DNA of 64,000 nt from the human T2T-CHM13v2.0 reference genome, Homo sapiens (GCF_009914755.1 NC_060930.1), one strand, 5' to 3'; numbered from the stretch's first letter, positions 40,011 through 54,985 are shown. Translations and numbers: made by a program. Notes: a model not told the origin generated them from the sequence alone.

Positions 40011-40045
40011 GGCTGAAATCAGATCTGGTTAGCCTCAGGGCCTGA
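39870..40045 (+). mobile_element. MIR SINE overlapping exon 1/TSS in antisense
   Basis: attattattc...acagatgaagaaactgagac...aacttgaccagg...gtaaagtg...ctgaaatcagatct: MIR core. Confidence 0.75.
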
Positions 40046-43000
40046 GGAGTATTATGAAACTCCTCTTGTGTTATTCTTTGCTTGTAATAGACATTCCATA
40101 AAGGGATAGAATGATGTCAAAGAACATTTGTCCATTGGCTTCTCGAATCGTTTATTCAGTCAAACAAATGTTTATTGAGCAACTGTTATATGCCAGGCAC
40201 TGTGTTAGACATCGGGGATGCAGAAATGAACAAGACTACAGAGCCAGCCCTCAGGGAACCAACAGCATTTTCTTCAACCAGGTCTTGGTAGCAAAGGGCT
40301 AAGTGTTTCTTATTGTTTTTCAGAGAAGTGTTTAAAAACTGGTGTTCAGTATGACTTTGGTGCTGTCCATTGAAGGGAAGTCAGAGCAACTGTGTTTCTG
40401 CTAGGCCCTTTCCTTCATCCTATGATTTGGTGGGCAGCTGAGCATCTTTTAAAAGTTTCATCATGAATGATAATCTGAACACCACCCTTCTCCCTCTCTG
40501 GAAAACTATAGAGCTGTAGAGCCAACAACAGGGAAACAACTTGTTCTTTCTTATTTGCTGGGACATTAATAGCTCCACCGAGTAATATTCATGTCCTTTA
40601 AGCAGTTCGGCATTCTGGAAATAATTGGCATGCAAAAATTCAAAATGGTTTGTGAACTTGAATTCAGAAAAGAAAAAGAAACATTGTTATTCAAACACAG
40701 GTGATAAGCACAATGACTAATCTGAGTTTTTGGACTGTGATCACTAATATATTATTTAAAATCTCCACTCATAGGACATAGGGCTTAATGAGGTTAACCT
40801 TTCCTGCTCTTCACTCTTATTTTTCTGGATAAAAGATGCTATTGATTTTGCTTTGATTATTCTTTAAAAAATTTTTTAAAATTTATTTCTGAAAACCAAA
40901 ACATAAAGGAGTGGTAACATTTAAAAAATATGTATTTTTTTTATTTCAGTAGCTGTGCAATAGTGCAAGTGGTTTTTGGTTACCTGGATGGATTGCACAG
41001 TGGTGAAGTCTGAGATATTATTGCATCTCTTACCCGAGTAATGTACATTGTACCCAATATGTAGCTTTGATTATTCTTCACCCAAGGTCACCTTGAAACC
41101 CCTACCAGATATCATCAATCATTATGCCCATGCACCAGTATGTTTGTATGTATTGTTTGATCCTGAAAATATCTTCATGGCATAACCAGAATCCAACTGG
41201 TTTTCACCTCCTCCACTGTACCCATTTGGTAACCTGCTATCATCATCTCTTGTGTGGACTGTGGCCACAGCCTCCTTACTGGTCTGCCTGCCTCTGTCAC
41301 TGTTCTCTGCATCAGGTGGAGTGTTCCTATTAAATGTCAGAATAGAACATTTTATTCAGAACCCTGTGATGCCTTCCCATCTCACTCAGATTGAAAGTCA
41401 ACATTTTTCCAGTCCCTTACTAAGCCCTATATAACCAGGTCCTGTTACCTCTAAATTTATTTCCTACTGCTCTCCTCCCAACCCATGGTGCTCCCTCCTG
41501 GGTGGTCTTTTTGCTGTTTCTCAAACATATCAGGCACATCCCTACATTAGCAAGGTTCCCTCTGCTCCAATGCTCTTCCTGAGATGTCCAGGCTCACTCC
41601 CTCACCTCCTTCATGTCTCTGCTCAAATATTATCTTATCAGTGAATTCTATGACACCCAAAATAGCAGTCCCCAACAGCTGTCCCTGGCACCTTTATCTG
41701 TTTGTTTTCCAAAACATTTATCATCATTTGGCAGGCTATGTTTCATTTTATTCTTGTTGTCTATCTCCCCAACTAGGATATAAGCTCCACGAGGTCAGGG
41801 ATGTTATGTGTTTTGTTCACTGCTTTAACTCTAGCACTTAGGACAAGGCTGGGGACACAGTAAGCCCTTATCACATGTCTAGTGAATCAAAAAAAAGGAA
41901 TGTGATTTTAGCAACTGCCATGAATTTACAAGAATTAAGCTAAAGGAACGGGAAGGTGCTTTTCTGCTTTTTATGGTCTGAAGTAGGAGTCCTGAGGGGA
42001 AGGGGCTGAGATTCTGTGGACTGTGAGGTTACTATGGTCAGATACTCACGAGCTCAGACACTCATGGGCAACAATGACCTTTGCAAAATCATGCAATGTT
42101 GCAGTCAGCTCGTCAGTTGGATAAATTAATCTGAGTGACCTAGGAATTATCTGCTTCTTAAGGATACATAGATTTCCCTGAGAAATCATCTGGGTGCTTT
42201 TGGAATTTGGGGGCAGAAAATACAGGATAGTATTATCTGACAATTTTCTAATTCTTCTATGGTAATTAGTGTGTTTCGATTTTTTTTTTATCTCATCTAG
42301 ATTCAGTTGCTACAAAGTATATTTTCTTTAGAAGACTATCCTTTTTATTCATGCCTTTAAATTTATTGGTACAGAGTTGTGCAAGTTATTCCTTTATGAT
42401 TTATTTAATTCTCCTTTTTCTGTGACTTCCCTTTTATAATTTTCTGTTTTGAGTAATGATTTTCCCCTTGTTTTCTTAGTAAATTGGCTGGATATTTATT
42501 TTCAAATTTCTTTTCAAGGAACTAAATTTTGTAGTTTTGTATTCTACTTTAAAAAAAGTCATGTCTCATTTTTATCTCCTTTACCTTTAAAAATTCCTTC
42601 CTTTTGTTTTTGTTTTATTTAATTTGTTGGATTTTTCAAAAAACAAAAACTCCTGAGTCAGATATTTGTTCTGTTTGTTTTATTCTTTATTTTATACCAA
42701 TACAAATTTTTACACTAGGAATTTCTCTGAAATGTATAAGCTCCCTCATTGGCTCTAAAATGTGATGTTTTCTTTTTTCTTTTTTCTTTTCTTTTTTTTT
42801 TTTTTTTTTTTTAGCAATTCTGCAATTTAGATTTCTTTTCCTCACCCAAGGGTTTTTAAGGAAAGAATGAAAAGCAAAAATTCCAAATGGAAGGGCTGTT
42901 TAATTTTAATTCTCATTGTTGCTTTTTCATGATATCCAGAGAAGAAGAAAAAAGATGCTTGACTTACGTAACCATGCTCAATTTGGAAATACTCTCTCTT

Positions 43001-43982
43001 TTTGCTTTGATTTCTGGGAGGTGGATTAGCATTTACTATTAGATTCACTATTTAATTTACTCTTTAAGAACAAAGATAAAGTGTAGCCAGACAACTGCTT
43101 AGGAGTGTATCAGTCCAACAAGATGTACATTGAGCTCTAAACAAAATTTAAAAATCTTCATGAGCCTTAGAATAAGAAAAATACCTTTTACATTTTAAAA
43201 CAGTGACTTAAATTTTTTTTTTTTTTTACTGTAGCATATGAGCAGCCACCATAACTAACTTATTTTGTATTTCTAGCTTCACCTAAAGCTATTTCTGGAT
43301 GTGGCTGCTAGTTTGTCAAAGTTAAATAAAGCGTGACGCATATTGTTCAAAGGCAAGCGGAAGATCTAACGTTTCTTTTTGAAATATAGGAAACTGGAGA
43401 TATCAGGCAACAGTGGAAAAGCATGCACTTTGGAGAAAGGTGAAACCTGAATTCAATTCTCTCAAAATGTACTTCGAGCTTCATCCATTTGCATTGGGGT
43501 CCCCATCCTGGTACTTAAAGGCATGTAGGATGCCATTTCTCATTCCCCCCAAGTGCTCCCACACAAACCCAGAGTACTCACTAACTTCATTTGATTTCTG
43601 GGGTCTCTGGACTCCTTAACTGAACCCACTTAGACATCCCATATGCCTTAAAATAGGGGCTCCACCTCAGCCATGGGAAGGATTCCAACCTTCTTCCACA
43701 TCCATGTTCCTTGCTTAGCCCAACAAGACCCTGGCAGAGGCTCCTGCCCAAGGGCCATGCTGGGCCTTGGGCTCCCCTCTCGGCCCTTAGCTGGCTCCTT
43801 GTCCTCTGAGCTGCACTTGTTCCAGCCTGAGGCATCCCTCCCTCCCACCCTTCATCCACAAGACCCCAGCTCTGCCTCCTCAATGTTTTATTTGCATTCT
43901 GAGTTCCTACTATATTGTATTCCCAAGACATATCTCTTCTAAATTTCTAAATTACAGTAAAACAACTTCTAAATTTCATGTG

Positions 43983-44343
43983 TGATATGGTTTGGCTGTG
44001 TCCCCACCAAAATCTTGTCTTGCATTGTAGCTTCCATAATCCCCATATATTGTGGGAGGGACCTGGTGGGAGGTAAATGAATCATGGGGGTGTTTTTTTC
44101 CCATGCTGTTCTCATGATAGTGAATAAGTCTTACAAGATCTGATGATTTTATAAAGGGCAGTTCCCCTGCACACATCTCTTGCCTGCCACCATGTAAGAC
44201 GTGCCTTTGCTTCTCCTCCTTCTGCCATGATTGTGAGGCCTACCCAGTCATGGGGAACTGTTAATCCATTAAACCTCTTTTTATTTATAAATTACCCAGT
44301 CTTGGGTATGTCTTTATTAGAAGTGTGAGAAAGGACTAATACA
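43983..44343 (+). mobile_element. THE1-type MaLR solo LTR
   Basis: tgatatggtttggctgtgtcccc...ggactaataca; TSD atgtg/ctgtg. Confidence 0.9.
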
Positions 44344-45104
44344 CTGTGCCTCAGTTTCCTCACTGGAAAAAAATGTATAATACTAGTCTTACCAGATAGC
44401 TAGGAGTGTCAATAAGAGAAACTTTGCCAACCATCTGCCTATAGTAGAGGCTCAGGCGCATTAGTTCTCCCTCCCATTTCTTTCCACTTCCTGCTGGAGC
44501 ATGTCCCCAGGCTACCCATAGCTGCTTTAATGTTTCCCAAACTTGCAAGCAGGAATCAAGGTGTGTGGAGAGAGAGGAGTCTCCATAGGTCCCAGGAGGG
44601 AGTCATACCTGATTCTCAGTCCTACAGAGGGGAAGTTAAAATAATGGGAAATGAGCAGTTCTACAGATGCAGTAACATAGGTAGAATTGTTGAGGTAAAG
44701 TCAGTTCACTGAATTTGGCAAGCTGTTATAGCTGGTTTTTTGTTTTTGATTTTATCTAGCTTTTTGCAATCTGACTATAATCCTGTACGTTTATACATAT
44801 ATTTTATTGACTTTCAATCAGTTCTGGCTTGCAAGAATTTCTGCAATTCTTCTGTAGAAGTTTTCAAAATTTCTGGAATCACAGAAAACAGACATGTTTC
44901 TTTCTCTATAATACATAAAATAAATTATATTAATATTCTAGGTTATATATAATAACACATATAAATAAATATAAAATTATATTATATATAGAAATATATT
45001 TTTTATTTTTATAAGTACGTATTTATTTGTAAACTGTAAAACCATAATAAAGGAGTAAAACTGACATGAATATAAGTGAAATGGAGGGGGTTGTGTAGAC
45101 AATA

Positions 45105-45650
45105 TGTTTAGCTGACAAATATTTATTGAGCACTTGTCCTATGCCAGGCACTGTCTGAAGTTCTGGGAATACGCAGGGATTAGACAAGTTCTTGTTCTCA
45201 TAGAGCTGATATCCTAGTGTCCGTGGCAGGGAGGCAGATAATAAACTGACACATCACTATTTTGTCAGGTGGTGCTAAGTGCCATGGAGACACAGTAGGT
45301 GCAGGGAGGGAGAATAATGGGAAGATACCATTGCAGGTAGGGGGTGAGGAATAGCCTTGCTGGACAGGGACATATGAACAAAGGTCTGAGTTGGGTGAGG
45401 CAGGATGCCACACAGACATTGGAGGAGGAAAATCTGAGCAGGGGGCACAGCAAAGCCCCAAGGCTGAGGCCAGATGAAGGAGCAGGAGGCAATGTGGCTG
45501 GAGAGGAGGGAGCAAGGGGCAGAGTGTTGGTGGTGAGGTCAGGGGCCCAGCAGCCTGATCCAGGGGACTTGAACAGGATGGAAGGACTTTGGGTGCGTTC
45601 TGAAGAAGGGGAAGCCACTGGAAGGCATTAAGTAGAAAAAATTGGAAGTG
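45105..45650 (-). mobile_element. L2 remnant
   Basis: caaatatttattgagcacttgtcctatgccaggcactg... Confidence 0.65.
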
Positions 45651-45671
45651 AGAGTAATTATATGTGAAAGT

Positions 45672-46074
45672 TGTTAGAGTCACAATGGAGTGACGATGAG
45701 GCAGGACAGGTAGTCAAGGAAGTAAGTGCAGTTAACACAATGAGCCCCAGTATTCGCATTGTAATCCAGCTCATGCAAGCACAGCTATCTCCTGCAGGGA
45801 ATATTTCCCATAGACAGCATTTGCACTTTGATTTTACCTCTTCTCAAACGGACCCTGTTCTCATGATAATAGTAAAAAACACACCCCTAGGTGGAGATTT
45901 AAGATGCTGATGAATTATGAGATGTATGAACAAGCATGTACAGCTACTGCACATGTGCACCCAGAGGACCACCGAGGACATGCTTACTAGCAACACCTTT
46001 TCTCACCCTCTTATGAATAATCATGTAAGAGTCCCATAAAAGGATTTCTCCAGCAATAATCAGTGCTGTCCATT
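45672..46074 (+). mobile_element. ERV1 LTR (MER66-like), 3'-truncated
   Basis: aaaacacacccctaggtggagatttaagatgct...cagctactgcacatgtgcacccagaggacc; stops at the Alu. Confidence 0.55.
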
Positions 46075-46470
<396 letters not shown>

Positions 46471-47059
46471 CTAAGTGGAACTCCCTATGGCTGAGGGACT
46501 CAGAATCAAATGACTTATAGCCAATTAAATGTTCTAGTCCAGATGCCCAATTAAATGGGCATGGACAGACATTCATTAGCCTTTAAATTATTTTCTAAGT
46601 AAAAAGTCAACAAACAAAAAGTTAAAGGTGAGGTTACAAAACTGACTTTTCTTTAACTTCTATGCTACTGTAATCTTGGGTTTTGTTATGGACTTATAGC
46701 AATTATTTATACAAAACATAAGAATTGTTCTGAAAAAATTAAAAAATATATACCTGCATGGCTCATAACTGGAAATATTATACCAGGAGGCTTTGTCACT
46801 TGGTATCTTTATCCTTTTACTTATTATTTTCTTTTAATTCTACAGGAAGCAGTAAATTCTTTATGGTTGGAGTGGATGAAGAGGTGCCATGTAATAGCTC
46901 AGAAGGCAAAGTCCCTTGTTTTACCAGCTGTTTAGGCATCCATGTACTCATCCTTGATTTGAAGGGTTTGAGTTAATTCTATCCTTCCAAATCAGCCCTT
47001 ACAATCTCACGTGCCCACCTCTTCTGCAACAGTCTCTGGGCCTAGAGGGAGGACGCTTG

Positions 47060-47266
47060 CAATACAGGATTTTTTGCATGTTCCCAGTGGCTCCACCCCA
47101 TTCTCCCAGTGCACATGCAGGCCCTTAGTCTGAACCCACGCTACATTGATTTATTTCCCTTACTGAGCATGTGTTAAGGGATGGAATTTTTCACCATGGG
47201 CATGTTTAGGCAAGCCCCCTGTACACAATGTCCTGGATGGCATTTGGCTGTCTTCTGCCTCTATCA
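47060..47266 (-). mobile_element. MER61-type LTR (truncated)
   Basis: Starts TGATAGAGGCAGAAGACAGCCAA after a PPT; carries GGGCTTGCCTAAACATGCCC. Confidence 0.7.
47198..47217. promoter_or_regulatory. Perfect p53-family response element
   Basis: GGGCATGTTT AGGCAAGCCC = RRRCWWGYYY x2, zero spacer, 20/20. Confidence 0.8.
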
Positions 47267-50200
47267 TTCCCCCATCTAAAAGAGTACATCTAACTGCCAT
47301 TAGAATAAGGATAAGAAGAAAGACAAAGACCCATCTTAACTGCTTTCTGCTGACAGAGGGCACTGTTTTGGAAAGACAGCAGTTGGGTCTCCCTCAGAGG
47401 CCTATCTAAGGGTATCTGGTAAAAGGGACCATCATTCGAGGCTCTGGTTGCATAACTGTTTGGAGTTTGAGGGCCTGAAGGCGAGAAGAGACAAACCAGG
47501 TTATTAGAAGACATGTACCAAAATGAAATGGGGGAAGGGTAAGGACAGTTCAAAAATCCTGAGGCTGCTGACATGCCCAGATAACTGGTAGCTGTAGTTG
47601 TGCCTGCTAAGATTTGGGTGCATGGGACTTGGCTTTGGTTAGCTCCCGTAGTTTATTTTCCCAAAAAAGAAACCTCTGGGTTATGGGCACCCTATTTACT
47701 CCCATTATCTGGCAGGATTTGTAGGATAATTGTTCAGAACTAGAATACTGTTCCAGATTTTTACATTACCCATGCCTTTTGTTTCTTCTGAGCTGCAGCC
47801 AGAGATCACTGGTTAGTTCACAGGAATAAGCAGGGTTAATTTAAAATGTAGGCAAAAAACTTAAAAACAACTAATGAGTCTAGAATTTAATGACAAATGT
47901 ATGATAAGTTTTGAAACATAATTTCTTTCTCCCCAGTCCTCATTTTTGTTAAAAACAAATCATAATAGGAGTGAGTTGTTTGTAAAATAAACTTTAGTCT
48001 TACACTTGGTCTGCTTATTTGCACAAAGTACAACAAGAATAATTATTTTTACATAGGCTTTTTAAATTGGCTTTGATGGAACTCTGTTCCACAAGGAATT
48101 TCAGATAGGACTTCATAAAAATGAGCCCAGCCATGGGTTTGTACCCTCTAATACCTATGAGTTGGGTGAATTGCTCTCTTCTTGAGGTCCCAAGAATATG
48201 CGGTTCCTGGCCCTGTTAGAAAGTGACATTCTTTACTCACTACAGGTTAGGGAACCTGTATGGGGACTGTGTAGACAAAGTATGAGGCTGGTTTACCCAA
48301 GGGGCTTTTATTGGCTCTGCAAGTTGAGCTTGATTCCTTAAAGGGAAACATACCCTTCCAGTCAAAGTTACAGTTACTGGTTGGTAAAGTTAAAGTTACA
48401 GCTACTGGTTGCTAAAGCAACCAGTTTCTCCAATTGCATCCTGTTGCAAAAGAAAGTGGATTCTTACTGCACTGATGCAAATAACCGTATTGCCCTAAGT
48501 TAAGAATACTCACAGATAGTTTCCAAATTCTAGAGGAAGCAGGCAGAGAGAAAAAAAAGTGCTAAATTTTGTTCATAGGAGTCTGCATTACTCAATTATT
48601 AAAGATTGTGTATAGCTCAAAAAAAAAGATCAGCACTGTTTTAAGCTAAAGTTTAAAAAAGATTACTTCAATTTTCTATTAGTTCAGTCTGTTCAGTTAA
48701 CTCTTGTTCTGCTTGATATTTGTGAACATTTCAGCTCTTCATGAGTCCTGTACGTTTTTCCATTATTCCAATGTCACAATCTCCAAAGTTATCAGAAACC
48801 TGCATTTGAGAGCACCTGTTACGTTTCTATAGCTGATTATAAATCCTATTTGAAGAAGATCAAAACAAAACAATGGTCTGTGAATAGCAAAATGTCCATG
48901 GTAGTTACAGTCAAAAACACAATTGACAAAGAAATTTTGTTATCTCTGTGGCTTATAATCACCTAACATAACACCTTTAATTGTGAGTGATAGCATATAC
49001 TTAGATATTAGAATTTTAGAAATCCCATACAGTTTTGGAGCATATATTATTATTCACTAAAATATAACCCAAAGAAGATTAAATATCATTTTGGCAATCC
49101 CATGTACATAAATTTGTCAGGTAATCCTATTTACCTCTCTTCTGGATGCTCCAGGGATGCTAGGGGTCAGGAAAGACAACCTTGAAGCTGACATTTGATT
49201 TTGGGAAGCCCATTAAATATGTTAGAGGTTTAAAACAATGTTATGAAGTAGAATTCCAGATTACCATAAATTACTTATTTTGCCAAAATGATGACTCAAA
49301 AATTTTAAAACAAGCCAAAAACTTTTACTCATTTAGAGGGAAGACTTAGATTTCCAAAGAATTTGTCTCCTGTCTTCACTTTCATTTCCTTGGCAGTCTA
49401 TCTGGAAGACAAACTGAAATATTTAATTATCCTTTACTATTACATGAAAATCTTATACAAGGGAGAGAAAGCCAAATTTTACCCTCACATTAGTTTACTA
49501 TTAATGTCAACCCCAATTTTTTAATGAAACCTTATAGACAATTCTATCCAATCTTAACCAGTTTGATCATGAGGTAAGATTCCTGTAAGCCTTTTATAAC
49601 CTTTTACAAATTACTAATTTACTAATCTGCTAAAGAGCAGATTAGGGCTTTAAGAAAACCTTGTTGTGCTTTCATTTCAATGCTCAGTTTGTAGAAAAAC
49701 CATATAATAGAGTTTTGGATTTAATCAATGTTCACACACAGAATTTCTTTTGCAAGATTAATTTTTAGAAACCTCCCACAACTTGTTTAAACCTTTAGTT
49801 TATCTTATCTAATTTATAATAGTCCTTTAACCTTAGGCAAAAACTTACATTTCCATGCATTCTTATAATCTTTGACTAATAACACATTTTACTGTTCTTA
49901 CATACCTTGCATGTAAATCTATTTTCAGTGGTCTCAATTACATGTTATAATGGTACCTCTTAGCACTTTTTAATTTTAGTTTAAAACCTGGTAAGTCGTT
50001 TTAATTACGCACTAGGTGCTGATAAAGTTTGATTCCTTCCAGCATAATTAAGGGTGTGGTTAATTCCATATGTCCCTGTGCCTTACCAAGTTGTAAAGCA
50101 GGCAGATTGAACAGTTTTCAAAGGCAAAAGAAGCCGTTTACAACCTTAAAACATTTAGCCACCTAGTGCCTGACTTGCATAATTTAGACCAGCTATTTAC

Positions 50201-50369
50201 ATTTTAAGAACATTTGCATTTTATCAATTATCTTTAAGACTACTTTTATTTCTCAGAGATTAAAGTCACAAGAACTAAAAGGCATTATAGCTTTTATCTT
50301 TCCTCCAAAAATATTTGATCTTAGTGCTGATTTTTCTTTAAGCCAATTAATTAGAGCTCTTTTTTATAA

Positions 50370-50657
<288 letters not shown>

Positions 50658-52235
50658 TAATAAACAGGCATAGCTGGAAAACAAAAACGGATTTTGAGAG
50701 CGATCTATTTGCCTCTAATTCCTGGGGTTCCATGAGGAAAACAGAGGTTTCTCCCAAAATGGAATCCATGGTGCCTTTTCTGTTTTTACCAAGCAGCCCT
50801 ATGCCATCAGAAATTATCTTAGGGCCTCTCATGTGCGCATTAACACTGGCAAGACAAGGTGGAGAAAAGTAATTCAGTCAACTGAGAAAAAAATCTTTTT
50901 CCAGCAAAACAAGATCCAAGAAGAGAAAAACATAAAGGCCTTTCAAATATACGTATAGCTTGGATATCCACTTTTAATTAAGCTGAGCTCTCTTTAAGAA
51001 AGTCCTTTTAAATCCCACATTACCTGACTTCAGCCATGCCAAGCAGCCAATATTTCTGGCTTTGGAAGTTTATCAAAAGAACCTCAAGGTTCAACCAACA
51101 AGCCTCAATTAAGACACGCGAAGCACACCAGATTGGCTACACCTTAAGACCAGCCTCATAAAACCTTTTTCACTAATGGAAACTTTACAGGGAATATCAA
51201 CAGTGATCCTTATCATTCTTTTCACCAGTTTACACAGGGAGAGAGAGGCCAAAAGTCTGACTGGTTAAAAAACTTTTATCCTTTTGCTGGCATGTCATGC
51301 TTCTGGGTTCCCTTCCCCTGAGCTCAATTCTAAGCCAACCAGTTTAAGGTTTGGGAAATTAACTTTTCTCAGTTTGGAGGATGCATCCTATGGGAATGTC
51401 CTTTAGTACAGGGACACAGTCACCCATCTGTGAAGAGAGGACAAAGGAGGAAAAAGTAAAAAAAGATTTTTTTCAAAGGCTCCCCAGGGGTTCAGGATGC
51501 ATTTGAAAGGGGGACAGATTGAAGATGAATGGCTACTCATCTAGAAAGAGGGGAGCCAGACATCCCTGGTTCCTTTCTCTTTCTAGGAAATAGCCAGGGT
51601 ATGTGAGGGAAAGAAGGAACAAGCATCCATTTTCCTTCTTCCGTCCTTATGTCCCCAAGTCCTGACAACCTCGACAGGGTGCCACCCATGGGTGCCAATA
51701 CGGTTCTCACCCATGGTAACAGGGGACCTAGTGGATGGGATTATCCACTGTTACCCACAAACTGTCTTTCCCCCTGCTCTCAATAGCCTTCAAGTGCCCT
51801 AGACCTCATTTAGGCCATTGATACTAGTATGACCTTTATCCATGAAACAAGAGGCTTGGCTTAATTGTCAGGAATTAGTCATGCTCACCTATACTGTGCT
51901 TTTTAATTTTTGTTGTTGTCTGCCTCTGGATCCCTCCGATGCAGTTATCTTTCCTAGGGCTTCTACATGAAGCTTGGAATTGAGTTTGGGACAAAAGAAC
52001 TGCCTCAGTAGGTGGGTGCATGGACTCATCAATCCCCAGGTGTCCCTCACCAGTCTGGCTGCTGCCGCCTTATCATAAGCTGAAGGCTAAGGTGCAACTG
52101 TGAAATTAGGTCCTTCTCAAACAAGGGAGGGAAAATGGTGTCCTGTGAATTAGGGTCCTGGTCTAATAAGATGCCTTCCAAAAGGAAGAAAACTTCTGGC
52201 ACAGAGAAGACCCCTCTACCCGCAGGGCTGTGTTA

Positions 52236-52315
52236 TTAGGTTGGTGCGAAAGCAATTGTGGTGCCCATCATTCTAAGTAATGACAAAAACCACAACTACT
52301 TTCACACCAGCCTAC
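52236..52315. mobile_element. MADE1 (Hsmar1-derived MITE, 80 bp)
   Basis: TA-ttaggttggtgcgaaagcaattg...caactactttcacaccagcctac-TA; terminal inverted repeats and TA TSD. Confidence 0.85.
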
Positions 52316-54360
52316 TAACTCATGACTTGGTGGACAAAAGAAAATAACAACAACAACAACAGCTTAAATGCAGGGCTGTGTTTACTGCTGACAAGGTGGA
52401 GAAAAGAAAAATATGCCTGAGAAATGCAAATGTATTTCTCCAACAGGCAGAGAAACTTAATTGCTATTGCACTGAGCTGGACCCCTTGGCTTGGGGTGGG
52501 GAAGACTCTGTGGATACATGGCAGGGGACACTGGCCAGTTGGCTGCATGGGGCCCAGGCCCCTGAGATCACCCTGGGGCTGGGGCAGCAGCTGTGGCTCA
52601 ATCCTGCACTGGATGGCTGTTGGACACCACATGCACATGCAGCAGACAGTCATGCACCCCAGCCAGGAGGGAAGGGGGAATGGGGAGATGCTGTCTTCCT
52701 ATCCATCCTACACATGTGCCTATGGCCATTGGGTTGGGAGTGGAACACCCCCAATATTGTAAAAGAAAAGATAGGTGCCATTACAATCCCCCTAAAAAGA
52801 AGGAAAATGCCATAGAAAAGACTGGGTTGGACTGAGGCCGATGTTCCTGACCCCTGAGAGCAATGGGGGGTTGAAGGGTGGGGTGCAATTTCCCCCATCC
52901 TTAGAAAACACCTGAGAACAAGAAAGCTCAGAAACAAAAGGGAAAGAAATGTTCTGGGTTCACATTTTACTCACCCAGGCAATGTCAGCTTTCTCATTAT
53001 AACTTTTGGCTTTTGATTTTTTTTTTTTAATTTTACAATCTGGACAAATAGTGTTTTAAATACCTTTGTTTTAACCCCCTCAATTTCCATTCTATTTATT
53101 TCATTTCTTAACAACCATCCAAAGATTTCTATCACCCTTCTGGGGCGACTCCTTTGACTCTCTTTTGCCTTTCTCATTTTTTTTTAAATTACCTCAACAT
53201 TTTATTAAGGATCTGTAAGACCCACAAGGGACAGCAAATTTGATACAACTTGTCAAACAATTGTATGGTTCTGTCGGAGAAATGTCACCTGGGATGCCTA
53301 TGTAAAAGGGACCTCTTTAACCCCCAAATTTACCATGACCTGGGTAATAGGCATATAAAGTGGGAGAATATCCTGGTCATCATAAAGCCAGTACCATGTG
53401 GCTTGCTTATGAATCATATCTACTGCTTCATCTGGGTTACTCCACTTGGCATTTTATAGGGAGAGTTGGGCAGTCCCTTTCTTGGGGTAAACAGACTTTA
53501 CAGTGGCATTTATCCAGTCCACTAGGGTTGGATGTTCTCTCAGGAATAACCTCCTATGCATTTGGATCACTTATACTCATTAGAGATTTAATAGTGAGCT
53601 GTGGGTCATGGATCAAACTAAAGAAGCTCTTTCACTCTGTAGCATTTAAAATTAAGGATTCTATCCTTAAATTAGTTATTTTTAAATCCATTATAGTAAA
53701 AGTGTCTCAGGAAGCTGACTATACCAATCTACAAAATGGAACAATTCCTTTACATTATAGCCTCTGGTTTTAATAGTTGTTTTGCCCTGCCCCTACATTT
53801 ACTATCTTCTTGGTAACCACAGGTCTCAGAGGTAAACTTTGTTGCCCCGGTTTAATTTATATTTTTGTGAGTAGCTTGGATGCTAGAGGCTTGAGCTGAG
53901 ACAGACCCACTTCTGGTCTTGGTCCACTCTTAAGGACCAACCCAACACTCTTTTACTCTCATTTCAGCTTTTACAGATAATAACCAAAGGATGAAACATT
54001 TTTCTTCCTTATTAGCTTGCCTTCCCTTATGCATTCAGGGAACTAACTCCCTGGGAGTATGAGTAGGATCCATCTCTAATTCCACTGGTAACTTTTACTT
54101 TTAGTAACTGACTATAGCCCAGCTGCAGCTCCTTAAGATGGGCAACCACATGGCTACTCAAGAGTCAGGATTTCTCATTTCACACCCTTTTATTTTTTTC
54201 TTTATCCATTTAGTTTTATCTATATAATTTTTTCCTTTATTTTAGAGTGATTCATAAATAGTCTCTAGAAAAAAATTACATTTTCTTTAGCAAAAACTAG
54301 TTCCTTGTGTTTTCAGAAACCTCACCAAAAACACCTTTTATTCACCTACTAGTTTAAGTC

Positions 54361-54494
54361 TTATTAACTCAAATTCCCAGTGGAAAAAAAACTCATAGGT
54401 TTACTTAATTTAAACATTACATGACTTATTAACCCAAATCCCCAGTGGGGGAAAAAAGTAACCTAGGTTTACTTAATTTAAACATAACATGACT
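54361..54494. repeat. ~65-bp tandem duplication
   Basis: ttattaacYcaaatYcccagtgg...taggtttacttaatttaaacatWacatgact twice. Confidence 0.85.
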
Positions 54495-54985
54495 TTAAGA
54501 TTTTAAATTACTGGAAATAATTGAGATTAAATTTACCAAATTAATCTTACCAAAGATTACTAGTCATGTGAGCTAAAAGGCATCTGAGCTAGGTTCCATC
54601 AGTCTGATAAGCATTAACATTCTCCAAGCCAATTGATTAGAGCTCTTTTGTACCACTTGTTAGTGAAATATCACTTCCACATGGCACATGTAAACATGTA
54701 GATATAACAGACATATAGAAAACGGCAGGTCCAAAAGATTTTTCATTTGCCTCTTTTCAAAAATTCTCTCCCCTACTTTAGATTATTAATTTAAAAAAGT
54801 TATAAGGCCAAACAAAAGTTGAAGGAGAGAGTTACCATCCTAGGCCTTTTCAAAAGCGAAAAAAGGACTGAGATATCAATTTGAATAATTTCAAAAAGAA
54901 ACATTACAGAATTTAAAAATTAAAAACTTTGTGCATTGAGTAACTCAATATTTTAAATAAAATCTTGTTCTAACCAAATCTTTAG

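Noticed and set aside
45161-45169. GAS motif TTCTGGGAA (also TTCTAGGAA at 51581)
   Set aside because: Isolated 9-mers inside repeats are expected by chance in 64 kb.
52378-52937. Cluster of overlapping 80-145 aa ORFs
   Set aside because: GC-rich ERV leader sequence with no recognisable protein motifs.
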